A DNA stretch of 64,000 bases from Pseudomonadota bacterium (GTDB lineage Bacteria; Desulfobacterota; Desulfobacteria; Desulfobacterales; RPRI01). The translations under genes and the position numbers were made by a program. The notes under the pieces were generated by a model. It did not search any database and was not told the origin of the DNA. It saw only the letters and a list, made by a program, of their open reading frames with translations. The stretch is from assembly GCA_043825875.1 (NCBI GenBank), contig JBDRRF010000083.1, positions 32,001 through 96,000 on the forward strand, read 5' to 3'. Positions 1-9,501 of this stretch are shown piece after piece (positions within the stretch are counted from its first letter, which is position 1; each line of letters opens with the position of its first letter).

Positions 1-229
1 AGAAAACACATATGTTATAGATGATAACTACGATCCGACAAACAGGGATTTCGCTTTTGCTAAAGCATGTGAATCATCTCCATGGCCACTTGGAATTATT
101 TATAAAAGTAAGACAAAACCAAGTTTTGAAGAAAATCTTTATGCTTATAAAAAAAACAATGCGCCTTTCATCAACCGGGAAGTACAGTGGGATAAATTAA
201 AAGCATTAATTGAAAGCAAAAGCATGTAA
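1..229 (+). CDS. 3' end of probable 2-oxoacid:ferredoxin oxidoreductase beta subunit (partial)
   Basis: Frame from nt 2 reads ENTYVIDDNYDPTNRDFAFAKA...WPLGIIYK...KPSFEE...KLKALIESKSM, with TAA at 227-229. Resembles OFOR beta C-termini. Confidence 0.6.
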   Translation, partial: ENTYVIDDNYDPTNRDFAFAKACESSPWPLGIIYKSKTKPSFEENLYAYKKNNAPFINREVQWDKLKALIESKSM

Positions 230-246
230 ATTGAAATGTAAATATA

Positions 247-1629
247 TTAACGCAAATGTTTCAGATAATAAGTTGCCATGCTTAGATATATGAGAAGGCC
301 AAAAACATCATTTGATGTTGTTATAAAAGGACCGGTTGCAATAGCCGGATCAATTTTTAATTTGTTAAGTGCATAAGGTATAACTGCACCAAATAAAGTA
401 GAATTTACAATTACAAACAGCATGGAAATGCCTATAATAGCTCCAAGAAATAGAGGCTTTTCTATATTAGGCCATACCTGAATCACAAGCACCAGTAAGG
501 TTCCGATAGATAAACCATTTAATAATGCAACACGAAATTCCCGAAAAAAGTTAGATCGCAAACTGGTGCCGCTTTCACCTAAAGCCATGCTACGCACTAC
601 TGTAGTACTTGATTGAATTCCGGCGTTACCGCCCATTGCCATAATTACGGGAATAAAAAAGGTAAGTGCGGCAATTTCCATAAGTGAAACCTCAAAACGG
701 CTAAGAACCATAGCAGCCATTAATTCTCCGACAAAAGCAACAATGAGCCATGGCAATCTGTTTTTTGTAATACGAAAAGTTGATGTTTCCTGCGAAAATT
801 CCTGGTATGTAATACCGGCCATATGGTGGATATCTTCATCTGCTTCTTCATGAAGTACATCTACAATATCATCAACTGTAATACGACCAATAAGCCTCTT
901 ATGCTTGTCTATAACCGGAACAGCAGATAAATTATATTTTCTTACTACATTTGCAACTTCTTGCTGATCCATATCAACACCTACGGAAATAACGTCGGTG
1001 TGCATTATGTCCTTGATAACGCGCTTTGGATTCCTGAGGAACAAACTCTTCATAGGAACCACACCAACTAAGCGGTTTGCTCTGTCCACAGCATAGATGT
1101 AAAATATTTCATCAACCTCTTCAGCACGGGTCCTGATCTCGCGAATGGCATCATCAACTATCTGATCTTCATAAACGGCAATATACTCAAGCGCCATGAT
1201 ACCACCGGCGCTGTCTTCATCATGTACCAACAGTTTTTCGACTTCAGCCCTATCTTGCGGTTCAATATTGGCAAGTACTTGTTCTTGAACCTTTTCGGGA
1301 AGTTCAGCTACAATATCTGCGGCATCATCGGAATCCATTTCATCGACAATTTCCGACAATCTATCAGTTTTCAGATCACTAACTATGTCAAGACGTGTTA
1401 CCTCATCGAGTTCGGTCATAACATATGATGCAGTATCAGCATTCATCAGGCTGAAGAGATAATCACGTTTATCATTTTCCAGCGCCTGTAAAATTTCAGC
1501 CAAGTCAGCAGGATGCGTGTTTTCAACAAGCTCTTTAAGCAATTGCTCATTGTTTTCTTCAATGAAATGCAGAATATTTTCTATTAATTTTTTTCTGTCA
1601 ATTGATTCCATAATTGTCTTAAAAACCAA
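247..1629 (-). CDS. mgtE: Magnesium transporter MgtE
   Basis: HPADLAE N-domain, CBS pair, RLPWL, MGGNAGIQ and DPAIATGPFITTSND motifs. True start may be the internal ATG (MESIDRK). Confidence 0.95.
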   Translation of the reverse strand: MVFKTIMESIDRKKLIENILHFIEENNEQLLKELVENTHPADLAEILQALENDKRDYLFSLMNADTASYVMTELDEVTRLDIVSDLKTDRLSEIVDEMDSDDAADIVAELPEKVQEQVLANIEPQDRAEVEKLLVHDEDSAGGIMALEYIAVYEDQIVDDAIREIRTRAEEVDEIFYIYAVDRANRLVGVVPMKSLFLRNPKRVIKDIMHTDVISVGVDMDQQEVANVVRKYNLSAVPVIDKHKRLIGRITVDDIVDVLHEEADEDIHHMAGITYQEFSQETSTFRITKNRLPWLIVAFVGELMAAMVLSRFEVSLMEIAALTFFIPVIMAMGGNAGIQSSTTVVRSMALGESGTSLRSNFFREFRVALLNGLSIGTLLVLVIQVWPNIEKPLFLGAIIGISMLFVIVNSTLFGAVIPYALNKLKIDPAIATGPFITTSNDVFGLLIYLSMATYYLKHLR

Positions 1630-1896
1630 TGCTTCATATTATCTGAAAAACTTAATAAATCGTTAGAATCGATAAACTTCGTTAGAAATTCAAGTTAACG
1701 ATTAAAAAATATAATTTTTTACAAATATATCATTAACCACAGACTTAACAACTACAATTTTGCAATACTATCTAATTTGCATATGGTGCGTTTGAAACGC
1801 TTGATAATAATAATATAAATGAAACAGATATATTTTATAAGTTATATTTTAAAGCCGAACACCCAGAAATTATGAAAGCGCTAATATTTTTTACCT

Positions 1897-2805
1897 CTAA
1901 ACATAACGCCCTTTTTCTTTTCCAAATAAAATACGGCCAAGCTCACGGTGAGTAAAATAAGGATCATCGTTTCTTAAATAAGGCAGGAGAATTTTTTTTT
2001 GTCGAAGCAAATCTCTTGATAACTCGGCAGAAATTATATCCGGTTCATACATTTTAGCCTGAGCTATAACCTGTCCAAACGGATTAAGTATTTCACTTCC
2101 TCCCCAGAATCTGTATGGCTCAGGATCATCGTCAAGAAGTGCATAAGGATAATTAATATCTCTTTTTTCTATAAGGCCTTCTTCTCCGACCCGGTTTGCA
2201 CATATATTATAAATACCGAAAACTCTGGAATAAAACCTGTTGATAATCGACCAAGTTTCAATATTGCTAAAAGCGGTTCCCATTGAACCCTGAGAAGAAT
2301 TGAATATTGTAATAAAAATATCAGCTTTTTGCGTAACACCAAGATATGGAAGGGAAGGATGCCAGAGGTCATTGCATATAAAAACAGCAATAGTAAAATC
2401 ATGTAGTTTAAAAACCGGAATATGCTTTCCAGATGCAAAAAATTTTCTTTCTTCAAAAACGCCATAATTTGGAAGGTTCAGCTTTCTTGAGGCAAAAGCT
2501 ATTTCTCCGTCTATAGCCACCAGAGCTGAATTATAAAAATTCATAGAAGGCGATTCTTCAATAAAACCAATAACTGCAGCTGTACCTTTTGTGGCAGAGG
2601 CTAATTTCATGATTTCTTTGGAATCAAGCCTAAGCGCTACTTTATGATGTCGTTTACCAACAAAATATCCTGTTAACGCAAGTTCCGGAAATACCATAAG
2701 CTGGGCTCCTTGTTCTTTGCCCTGATGAATTTTACCGATAATGTCTTTCAGGTTAGACTTTAGATCCAGAAGTACAGGATTTGTCTGATAAACAGTTACA
2801 TTCAT
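1897..2805 (-). CDS. Carbon-nitrogen hydrolase (nitrilase superfamily amidase)
   Basis: E-K-C triad motifs VFPEL, RKLNLPNYGVFEERKFF and ICNDLW; also ANRVG and FWGGS. Confidence 0.9.
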   Translation of the reverse strand: MNVTVYQTNPVLLDLKSNLKDIIGKIHQGKEQGAQLMVFPELALTGYFVGKRHHKVALRLDSKEIMKLASATKGTAAVIGFIEESPSMNFYNSALVAIDGEIAFASRKLNLPNYGVFEERKFFASGKHIPVFKLHDFTIAVFICNDLWHPSLPYLGVTQKADIFITIFNSSQGSMGTAFSNIETWSIINRFYSRVFGIYNICANRVGEEGLIEKRDINYPYALLDDDPEPYRFWGGSEILNPFGQVIAQAKMYEPDIISAELSRDLLRQKKILLPYLRNDDPYFTHRELGRILFGKEKGRYV

Positions 2806-2821
2806 TTGTTTTATCCCTTTT

Positions 2822-4000
2822 TTAGTTTAAAAAGCATCTTCCTGTATTTGTAAGGGTATTTTCATCTCTCATATAATTGGCATTGATTCCGTTTCTAATA
2901 ATTGTATTAAGGCCTTCTTCATCATAAGGTTCCAGTTCATAATCAGGGGACTGCTTTGCAGTTGTTTCGCGACATAAATCAATATGTCTTTCTAACTTAG
3001 GTATTGAAAATGAGATCAATTCCTTTAAAAATCCAAAGGAATGCCGCATCTGATGAAAGCCGTATTTTTTCATCATTGCAAAACCGTTAATTGCATCTTC
3101 CTCCGCCCTTTTGCCCGGTTTATCCTCATTGGTAGTGCAGGCAGTCTGGATAGATGGAATATTAAGCATCTTGTTTACTTTTTCTATCAGCAGATTTGCT
3201 ACATTATGTGATATAAGACCAAGATCAACAGCGTAATTTTTCCGGATATTGGCTATGGATGGCAGGCCTGCATGAACAACCATCAGGCCTGGGTTTGCCA
3301 GCTGGGTTAATGTAATTCCAAACAGCGCCTCGGCATGTGTAAGTGTCAGAAGTCCCGACATGGAATAAGGACCGGACAAGCCCGCCATAGGCATGGTCGA
3401 TACATAAATCGGAATACCGCTTTTAACACATGAAAGAAAAGGATCTACCATGCTCTCAATAATATTTAATGGGCTGTTTATAATGGAAAACTGCACTGTG
3501 ATCAATCCTCTTGTATCATGGATTTCTTTGGCACGGGCTATACCTTCATCGGTTAAGGCAGCCACATATATGGGTTTGCGGCAATGCTCGATTATTGTAT
3601 CCATAACTTTTACTTCCTGCTTAACGATAAGCACACCTCTTGCCATAAAATCAACCACATCAGCTTTATCAACAAGCTGGGCTATTTTTACCAGATGTTC
3701 AATTTTTGGCTCAATCAACTCTCCACTGTTATCATCATAAACAAAAGGGGCTGTTCCTCCAACACCGAAAGAATTTTCCGGAATCCAGTACTGATCCCGT
3801 TTAGGAGCAGTATTTAAAGCCTGTTCTACCAGAGGCGAGAGGATATGGATTGTCCCGGAAGATTCATCATAGGCAGCAAGGCCGGTTTCCTCAAATAGCT
3901 GCCTTATTTTAATAGATTCACATTTAACGCCAACTTCTTCCAATACCCGAAGAGCGTCATTATGTATTCTTTCCAGATATGTTTGCTGAATTAATTCCAT
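2822..4000 (-). CDS. Trimethylamine methyltransferase (MttB) superfamily protein, short non-pyrrolysine type
   Basis: IHNDALRVLEEVGVK N-terminus, INSPL, PMAGLSGPYSMSGLLTLTHAEALFGITLTQLANPG. Ends in TAA with no in-frame TAG. Confidence 0.85.
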   Translation of the reverse strand: MELIQQTYLERIHNDALRVLEEVGVKCESIKIRQLFEETGLAAYDESSGTIHILSPLVEQALNTAPKRDQYWIPENSFGVGGTAPFVYDDNSGELIEPKIEHLVKIAQLVDKADVVDFMARGVLIVKQEVKVMDTIIEHCRKPIYVAALTDEGIARAKEIHDTRGLITVQFSIINSPLNIIESMVDPFLSCVKSGIPIYVSTMPMAGLSGPYSMSGLLTLTHAEALFGITLTQLANPGLMVVHAGLPSIANIRKNYAVDLGLISHNVANLLIEKVNKMLNIPSIQTACTTNEDKPGKRAEEDAINGFAMMKKYGFHQMRHSFGFLKELISFSIPKLERHIDLCRETTAKQSPDYELEPYDEEGLNTIIRNGINANYMRDENTLTNTGRCFLN

Positions 4001-4024
4001 TTTATTATGATATCCTGCTGTTTA

Positions 4025-4873
4025 TTATATATTGATTCTTAACCCGTCATATGCAAACTTGATGTTATCGAATTGCTTTTCCAATTCCTTGTAATCATCA
4101 TAGCTTCTGTTCCAGTATTCTTCAATATGAGTGAGCAAAACCGTTTTTGAATTTATTCTTTTTGCCAGTTTTAGTGTTTCGTCAAAAGTATAAAGCGTAG
4201 TTCTTGAGATATGATCATCCGGATATTTAAAGTCATGCTTAAGGCCGTTTTCAAATATACCGGGCTGAATTATAAGCAGATCGGCATCCAATACTTCCTT
4301 TCTGTTTTCCGGAAATGGTTTTATATCACATGGAGCATAAATTATCTTTTTAGAGTTTTTTTGAATTACATATATAAAAGCTATCTGATTCCCACGGTCA
4401 ACAGGAATGGCAGTTACCCGAACAGCGCCCAATTTTATGCTTTTGCTATAGGAAATGCAATGCACAAAACCACTGGAACGGTAAAAGTCTATTATTGAAC
4501 CATAACACGACTGAATATTCCCGAGGCGGCCAAACAATTCTTCCGGCAAAACCAGTTTCACATCCTTACCGTCGTAGGCCCGCCATGTGCGAAAATCCAG
4601 AGTTATCTGTTCAACAACTCTGAAGCCTTCTACATGATCCGGGTCAAGGTGTGTAAAGAGAAGATAATTAATCTGCTCTATGCCTGAACGGTTTAATTGA
4701 TAAGCAATTTCTGCAGGCGTATCAATAAGGATGTTCTCATCATGTATAAAAACAGAGGGGCCTGTTCTTCTATAAGGCCCCCCTTTTACTCTTGCTTCAC
4801 TGCAAACCCGGCATTTGCATAAAGGCTTTGGGATTATCATGCATCCGCCGGAACCAAGTATTGTGATATCCAT
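4025..4873 (-). CDS. Metallo-beta-lactamase fold hydrolase, PhnP/PqqB-like
   Basis: ILGSGG, CxCxxC, LIDTP, THLDPDH (variant of HxHxDH), LTHIEE, FAYDG. Confidence 0.85.
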   Translation of the reverse strand: MDITILGSGGCMIIPKPLCKCRVCSEARVKGGPYRRTGPSVFIHDENILIDTPAEIAYQLNRSGIEQINYLLFTHLDPDHVEGFRVVEQITLDFRTWRAYDGKDVKLVLPEELFGRLGNIQSCYGSIIDFYRSSGFVHCISYSKSIKLGAVRVTAIPVDRGNQIAFIYVIQKNSKKIIYAPCDIKPFPENRKEVLDADLLIIQPGIFENGLKHDFKYPDDHISRTTLYTFDETLKLAKRINSKTVLLTHIEEYWNRSYDDYKELEKQFDNIKFAYDGLRINI

Positions 4874-4885
4874 CCTACTTATTTA

Positions 4886-6217
4886 TCAGCTCCACGGAAA
4901 AGGACTACTGGATACCGGAAGAAGTTCTCCCTTTTCATACCGATCAAAGCGGAAGGGTTTTAACAACTCCTGTTTTTCTCCCAAAATTTCCTGGGCCACC
5001 AGCTTGCCAATGCCTATCATCTTATAACCGTGACTGGAATCTAATATCATATAGCAATTTTGCTTAAACACATCAAATACAGGGAAATTATCCGGTGTAA
5101 AGATTCCTAATCCGCCCGAAGGTTCATTTTTGTATAATTGATATTTATTTTCATATCGTTTTTGGCAATGTGCCAAAGCAGAAGTCCACATATGGGCGAA
5201 TTCAGGGCCTACGATGAAATCCGGCGAATCGATTCCATAGGGATCAACGTTTATTTCATCTTTTTCTACAAGATTCGGCATGGCACCTCCCTGAATGCCA
5301 TTGAAATTACAATCGGGTTTATAATAGATACCCCACATTTTGTCCGTGACCAGCGAACCGTCTTCACTGGAATACAGTGGAGAATTGCTGTCCACATGAA
5401 TAACCGGGGGCATCTTGCCCCACTTGTCATAACCGTATTCCGGATCTACTCCAAGTGTTCCTTCCTGAAGTGACAGATAAGTCCACATTTTCACATCCGT
5501 ATGAATCTTTCCGTCTGTACCTTTAATATTTATTTTGTCAGGCATGCCTATCATTTCCCAGAGCTTATTGCCCCAAGGGCCCGGTCCGGCAATCACATAA
5601 TCACAAGAAATCTTACCCTTATCGGTTTCAACCGCTGTAATACAATCATTATAGTCAAAACCTTCAACTTTAACTCCGGTTAATATCCTTACACCTAGTG
5701 CTTCAGCTTTGTCCGCAAGTCTGTATAAAGCACGGGAATTGTGGGCGTATCCTCCTCTTTTTTCGTGAAGGATCGAAGTTATGCCCTTAGCCTGCCAGTC
5801 ATCAAATACGTTTTTTTTCATGTATTCAAGGCAATCTTTCTCACCTTCGATAAATACTGAATCATAAGAAAGCTTTTTCTGCCGCTCATATATTTGGGAT
5901 ACACCTTCATGCATACTTTCCGGCGAAATCTGCATATATCCAACAGGCCAATAACCGTAACCTTCAACATCTTCATCCCATACATTTACACTGTGCATCA
6001 TAATTTCCTGCATGGCTGCCTGGAAATAATTATTTCTTATAACTCCACAGGCGATTCCGGATGCTCCGGCGCCAATAGCAGTCTTGTCAAGAACAATTAT
6101 ATCTTTGCCTGACCCTGAGCCTCTTTTCTTTAATTCACCGGCTAGATGAAAAGCAGTGCTAAGCCCGTGAATCCCCGCTCCTATAATAACGTATTTTGAA
6201 TGCGTAGGAAACGCCAT
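4886..6217 (-). CDS. FAD-dependent oxidoreductase, DAO family (MgdA / sarcosine oxidase beta-like)
   Basis: GAGIHG Rossmann motif, GASGIACGVIRNNY, FTPDNFPVFD, DSSHGYKMIGIG and C-terminal SPFPWS, as in N-methylglutamate dehydrogenase subunit A homologues. Confidence 0.85.
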   Translation of the reverse strand: MAFPTHSKYVIIGAGIHGLSTAFHLAGELKKRGSGSGKDIIVLDKTAIGAGASGIACGVIRNNYFQAAMQEIMMHSVNVWDEDVEGYGYWPVGYMQISPESMHEGVSQIYERQKKLSYDSVFIEGEKDCLEYMKKNVFDDWQAKGITSILHEKRGGYAHNSRALYRLADKAEALGVRILTGVKVEGFDYNDCITAVETDKGKISCDYVIAGPGPWGNKLWEMIGMPDKINIKGTDGKIHTDVKMWTYLSLQEGTLGVDPEYGYDKWGKMPPVIHVDSNSPLYSSEDGSLVTDKMWGIYYKPDCNFNGIQGGAMPNLVEKDEINVDPYGIDSPDFIVGPEFAHMWTSALAHCQKRYENKYQLYKNEPSGGLGIFTPDNFPVFDVFKQNCYMILDSSHGYKMIGIGKLVAQEILGEKQELLKPFRFDRYEKGELLPVSSSPFPWS

Positions 6218-6345
6218 AAAATTTACCTCCTTAAGGTTTATTATCTATATAAAAAATTACGAATTTAGTCGGCAAAGAAAAAGAATCATATAAGAGACAA
6301 GTAAATAATGAGGGATTAAAATATAACTGTCCGTAAGCCAAGATA

Positions 6346-6377
6346 GCTTTAGCTACAGCCGAAGCTATAGCTAAAGC
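6346..6377 (-). repeat. 14-bp stem hairpin with cUUCGg tetraloop in the asnB-oxidoreductase intergenic region
   Basis: Minus strand GCTTTAGCTATAGC-TTCG-GCTGTAGCTAAAGC. The only mismatch is a U-G wobble on the transcribed strand. Confidence 0.8.
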
Positions 6378-6433
6378 GCAACTCTTTCGTGGGATTTTAC
6401 TTTGCCGTAATAAAAGACTATCTTAAAAAAAAG

Positions 6434-8047
6434 CTAGGCCACCATGGTCTCTTTATCGTTTTCTTCCCGTTCATGTTTGCGATCACCGTCAACCGTTCCT
6501 GTAACCTTTTCTCTTTCTTCTGCAAAATCAAACCCGGTCCATATTCCGATAGATCCAAGAATTGAATCCTGGGGATGAAACTTGCGAAAAATCTTATAAT
6601 AATAGGCGGCTTCCCTGCTATTGATAACAGCAGTTGGATTTTCTTCTTTTATTTGTATATATTCATCTTCAGTAATCATTTTCTCAGCTAAAGATTCGCC
6701 AAGACTCTCACAACCTGCACCCTGTGTGTACTGAACCTTGTAGCGCCACAGTATTTCATCGGGCAGATAGTTAGTATCCTCAAAAGCCTTTCTTAAAATC
6801 CATTTTTCTATTTTTGCTCCATTATGTTCACGAATTTTCAATTCAGGAGGTATCTTCATGGAAAGATCAACCATAGCAGTGTCCAGAAACGGAACTCTGA
6901 GTTCAAGACTAAAAAGCATACCCATACGGTCAGCTCTTTGAAGATTAATATTATGAAGGTTACCGATGCAGCGTCTGCCTTCTTCGTTTAGTTTGTCAAT
7001 TGGAAAATTTTTCATATAATGATATCCGGCAAAAAGCTCATCAGCCCCTTCTCCGGTAAGTACTACCGTTACATAGTCCGCAGCACATTTACAGGTAAAG
7101 TAACAGGGCAAAGCACAGCGGACAAGAGATGGATCATAACTTTCCAGTTTATTGATCACGGTAGGAAGCGCTTCATAGTACTCATCTTCAGTGAAGATGT
7201 ATTCATGATGATTTGAACCGATATGTTTGGCTGCGATACGTGCAGCTTTTACATCATCACTAAAATCACCATTCTCATCTTGCATGCCTACGACAAATGT
7301 ATGCAGGTTGGGTATTTCATCAGCAGCTATAGCTGCCACCAGACTGCTGTCGAGACCACCACTGCAAAAAGAGCCTACCGGCACTTCAGGATCTGCCAAT
7401 AAACGTTTTTTTACTGCATCAATGAAAGTCTTTCTTATAATTTCGCATGACTCCTCAATATCCGTAAGAATATGGTCTTCAATTTCCGGTATCCGATAGA
7501 ATTTTACAAACCCTTCTTTTGGAGTATAATAATGTCCTGCCGGAAATTCATGAACCTCATCCAAACCGGCATGACTCATTGCCCCTAATTCCGAAGAAAA
7601 ATACATTTTTCCTTTCTGTATGCCGTAATAAAGAGGTTTAATCCCGATAGGATCTCTTGCCAGCATAAAATCATCACCATTATAAGCGGCAAAGGCAAAC
7701 ATTCCGTCAAGATCCTTAAGGCAATCAGGTCCTTTTTCGCGATAGAGATGCAAGACGGTCTCGGTGTCAGACTGAGTTTGAAAGCTGTATTTTGAATCAA
7801 TTTTTCTTCTAAGTTTTCTGAAATTATAAATCTCACCATTACAAACAATACCTGAGTTTCCGTCCCTGCTAATGATAGGTTGATGACCCTGGGCTACATC
7901 AACTATTGAAAGTCTGGTATGCCCAAAGACGATGTTTCCGTTTACATGAAGTCCGCGATCATTGGGCCCCCTGTGAGGAAGTGCGTCCAACATACGATTA
8001 ATTGTATCTACGTCACGTGTTCCTATACATCCTGCTATGCCACACAT
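6434..8047 (-). CDS. asnB: Asparagine synthase (glutamine-hydrolysing) family amidotransferase
   Basis: N-terminal MCGIAG (Ntn Cys), HRGP, RLSIVD, NGEIYN, SGGLDSS, GEGADE, ELRVPFLD. Confidence 0.9.
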   Translation of the reverse strand: MCGIAGCIGTRDVDTINRMLDALPHRGPNDRGLHVNGNIVFGHTRLSIVDVAQGHQPIISRDGNSGIVCNGEIYNFRKLRRKIDSKYSFQTQSDTETVLHLYREKGPDCLKDLDGMFAFAAYNGDDFMLARDPIGIKPLYYGIQKGKMYFSSELGAMSHAGLDEVHEFPAGHYYTPKEGFVKFYRIPEIEDHILTDIEESCEIIRKTFIDAVKKRLLADPEVPVGSFCSGGLDSSLVAAIAADEIPNLHTFVVGMQDENGDFSDDVKAARIAAKHIGSNHHEYIFTEDEYYEALPTVINKLESYDPSLVRCALPCYFTCKCAADYVTVVLTGEGADELFAGYHYMKNFPIDKLNEEGRRCIGNLHNINLQRADRMGMLFSLELRVPFLDTAMVDLSMKIPPELKIREHNGAKIEKWILRKAFEDTNYLPDEILWRYKVQYTQGAGCESLGESLAEKMITEDEYIQIKEENPTAVINSREAAYYYKIFRKFHPQDSILGSIGIWTGFDFAEEREKVTGTVDGDRKHEREENDKETMVA

Positions 8048-8062
8048 TGTTTTTCTCCTTTA

Positions 8063-9292
8063 TTAATTTACAAATATTTTTCCGAAATTTGCCGTAGTAA
8101 GAGGATCATCCATATACATACCAAGCCCGATAGTCTTAATGGATTCCATGCCTCTTTCATCATAAACAGGCATCCTGACTTCCGGTGCGTCATCAGCTGT
8201 TACCTCTTGGGCAATTTCAATGCCTTTTTCAAGTTTAGCTATGGAAAAATCAATCAAATATCTTAAAAAAGAAAAGGGATGTCTTATCATATGCACCCCG
8301 TATTTTTTACACATTGCCTGTCCCATGCGGGCGTCATCAAAAGCCTTTGGAGTCAAATGCTCTTCATGGGTAGTTCCGGCACTCTGAAATGTCGGCAAAT
8401 CCAGCATCAGGTTAAGATGAGTCATTAAAATGTTTAACAGATTATGACTGACCAAACCGTAATTGGGATTATAATCTATTCGGGGATCAGCAATGGTCGG
8501 AAAACCTGCATGTATACACGTTACGCCGGGATTGAGTAATTGAGCCGCACAGATGCCAAAAAGCACTTCAGCATGAGTCATAGCCAGTGCCCCATTATAG
8601 GAATAAGAAGTACTGATGCCTCCCATGGGCATTGCTGATATAAAAACCGGCAGACCGGCCTTTACTACCTTCACAAAGTTTTCAGAAAAATTTTCATTAA
8701 CTTCAAGAGGTGGACGGGTGAGACAAAAAACAATCATGATGTTCTTTCTCTCTTCCCATAATTGTTTGGCGCGTTCAAGTGATGCATCGCATGTCACTGC
8801 AAAATAGAGAGGTTTTGAGCAGTATTTATCCATGATGTTCATCTGTTCTACTTCATTTTTCAGTTTTATAGCCCTGCCCATACCGGCCACAACATCATGC
8901 TCTTCAGCAATTTGTGCGATTTGGGCCACATGTTCCGGCGTAGGGAAAATACCGCCTATTCCTTTTTCATCATCATAAATGTATGGGGCTGTGCCACCAA
9001 TGAAAAAACTGTTTAAAGGAACGAAAAACTCATCAACGCCCGGAGTTGTCGACAGACATTTTTCTACCAACTCCCTGGTAACATATATACGGTCTTCATG
9101 CTGATAAGCCAAGCCTTCGGCTTCATATTGCCGGAATGCTTCCTGCATATCAGGTTGTTTACATCCGACTCCCATATTTTCCAGTATCCAAAGAGCGTCA
9201 TCATGGGACTTAAGAAGCATTTCGACAGTCTCTGCACCCAAAAGTTTGGTAGATTTATCAACCTGATCTTTTTTTAAATTTATCGAATTCAT
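8063..9292 (-). CDS. Second short non-pyrrolysine MttB-superfamily protein
   Basis: SHDDALWILENMGVG, NSFFIGGTAPYIYDD, PMGG...HAEVLFGICAAQLLNPG. Clear paralogue of 2822-4000. Confidence 0.85.
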   Translation of the reverse strand: MNSINLKKDQVDKSTKLLGAETVEMLLKSHDDALWILENMGVGCKQPDMQEAFRQYEAEGLAYQHEDRIYVTRELVEKCLSTTPGVDEFFVPLNSFFIGGTAPYIYDDEKGIGGIFPTPEHVAQIAQIAEEHDVVAGMGRAIKLKNEVEQMNIMDKYCSKPLYFAVTCDASLERAKQLWEERKNIMIVFCLTRPPLEVNENFSENFVKVVKAGLPVFISAMPMGGISTSYSYNGALAMTHAEVLFGICAAQLLNPGVTCIHAGFPTIADPRIDYNPNYGLVSHNLLNILMTHLNLMLDLPTFQSAGTTHEEHLTPKAFDDARMGQAMCKKYGVHMIRHPFSFLRYLIDFSIAKLEKGIEIAQEVTADDAPEVRMPVYDERGMESIKTIGLGMYMDDPLTTANFGKIFVN

Positions 9293-9346
9293 TTATCTAC
9301 TTACTCCGATCTATTATTAGATATGTAGGTTATATGATCTATTCAT

Positions 9347-9431
9347 TTGATATATTTTATATCAATATTATTTGATTCAATATATTTTGTATTGAAACAA
9401 TAACACTAAAGTAATGGATTGGATAAGTCAA
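9347..9431 (-). promoter_or_regulatory. Putative sigma70 promoter followed by two palindromic operator candidates
   Basis: Minus strand TTGACT(9431-9426)-N17-TAGTGT(9408-9403). Palindromes TTCAATATA-TTT-TGTATTGAA (9376-9396) and TTGATATA-TTT-TATATCAA (9347-9365). Confidence 0.55.
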
Positions 9432-9501
9432 GGTTTTTATCTTAAAAAAAGGATAGTAAGGTTATAAAGTATGGTAAGAATAAATGAGATATGTAGCTTT
9501 A

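Noticed and set aside
6434..8047. AsnB as a lasso-peptide cyclase
   Set aside because: It has an intact glutaminase domain with N-terminal Cys, and there is no precursor, B1/B2 protein or exporter nearby.
2822..9292. Pyrrolysine readthrough in the MttB-like genes
   Set aside because: Both ORFs are open across the Pyl-equivalent region and end in TAA a few nt before the next gene.
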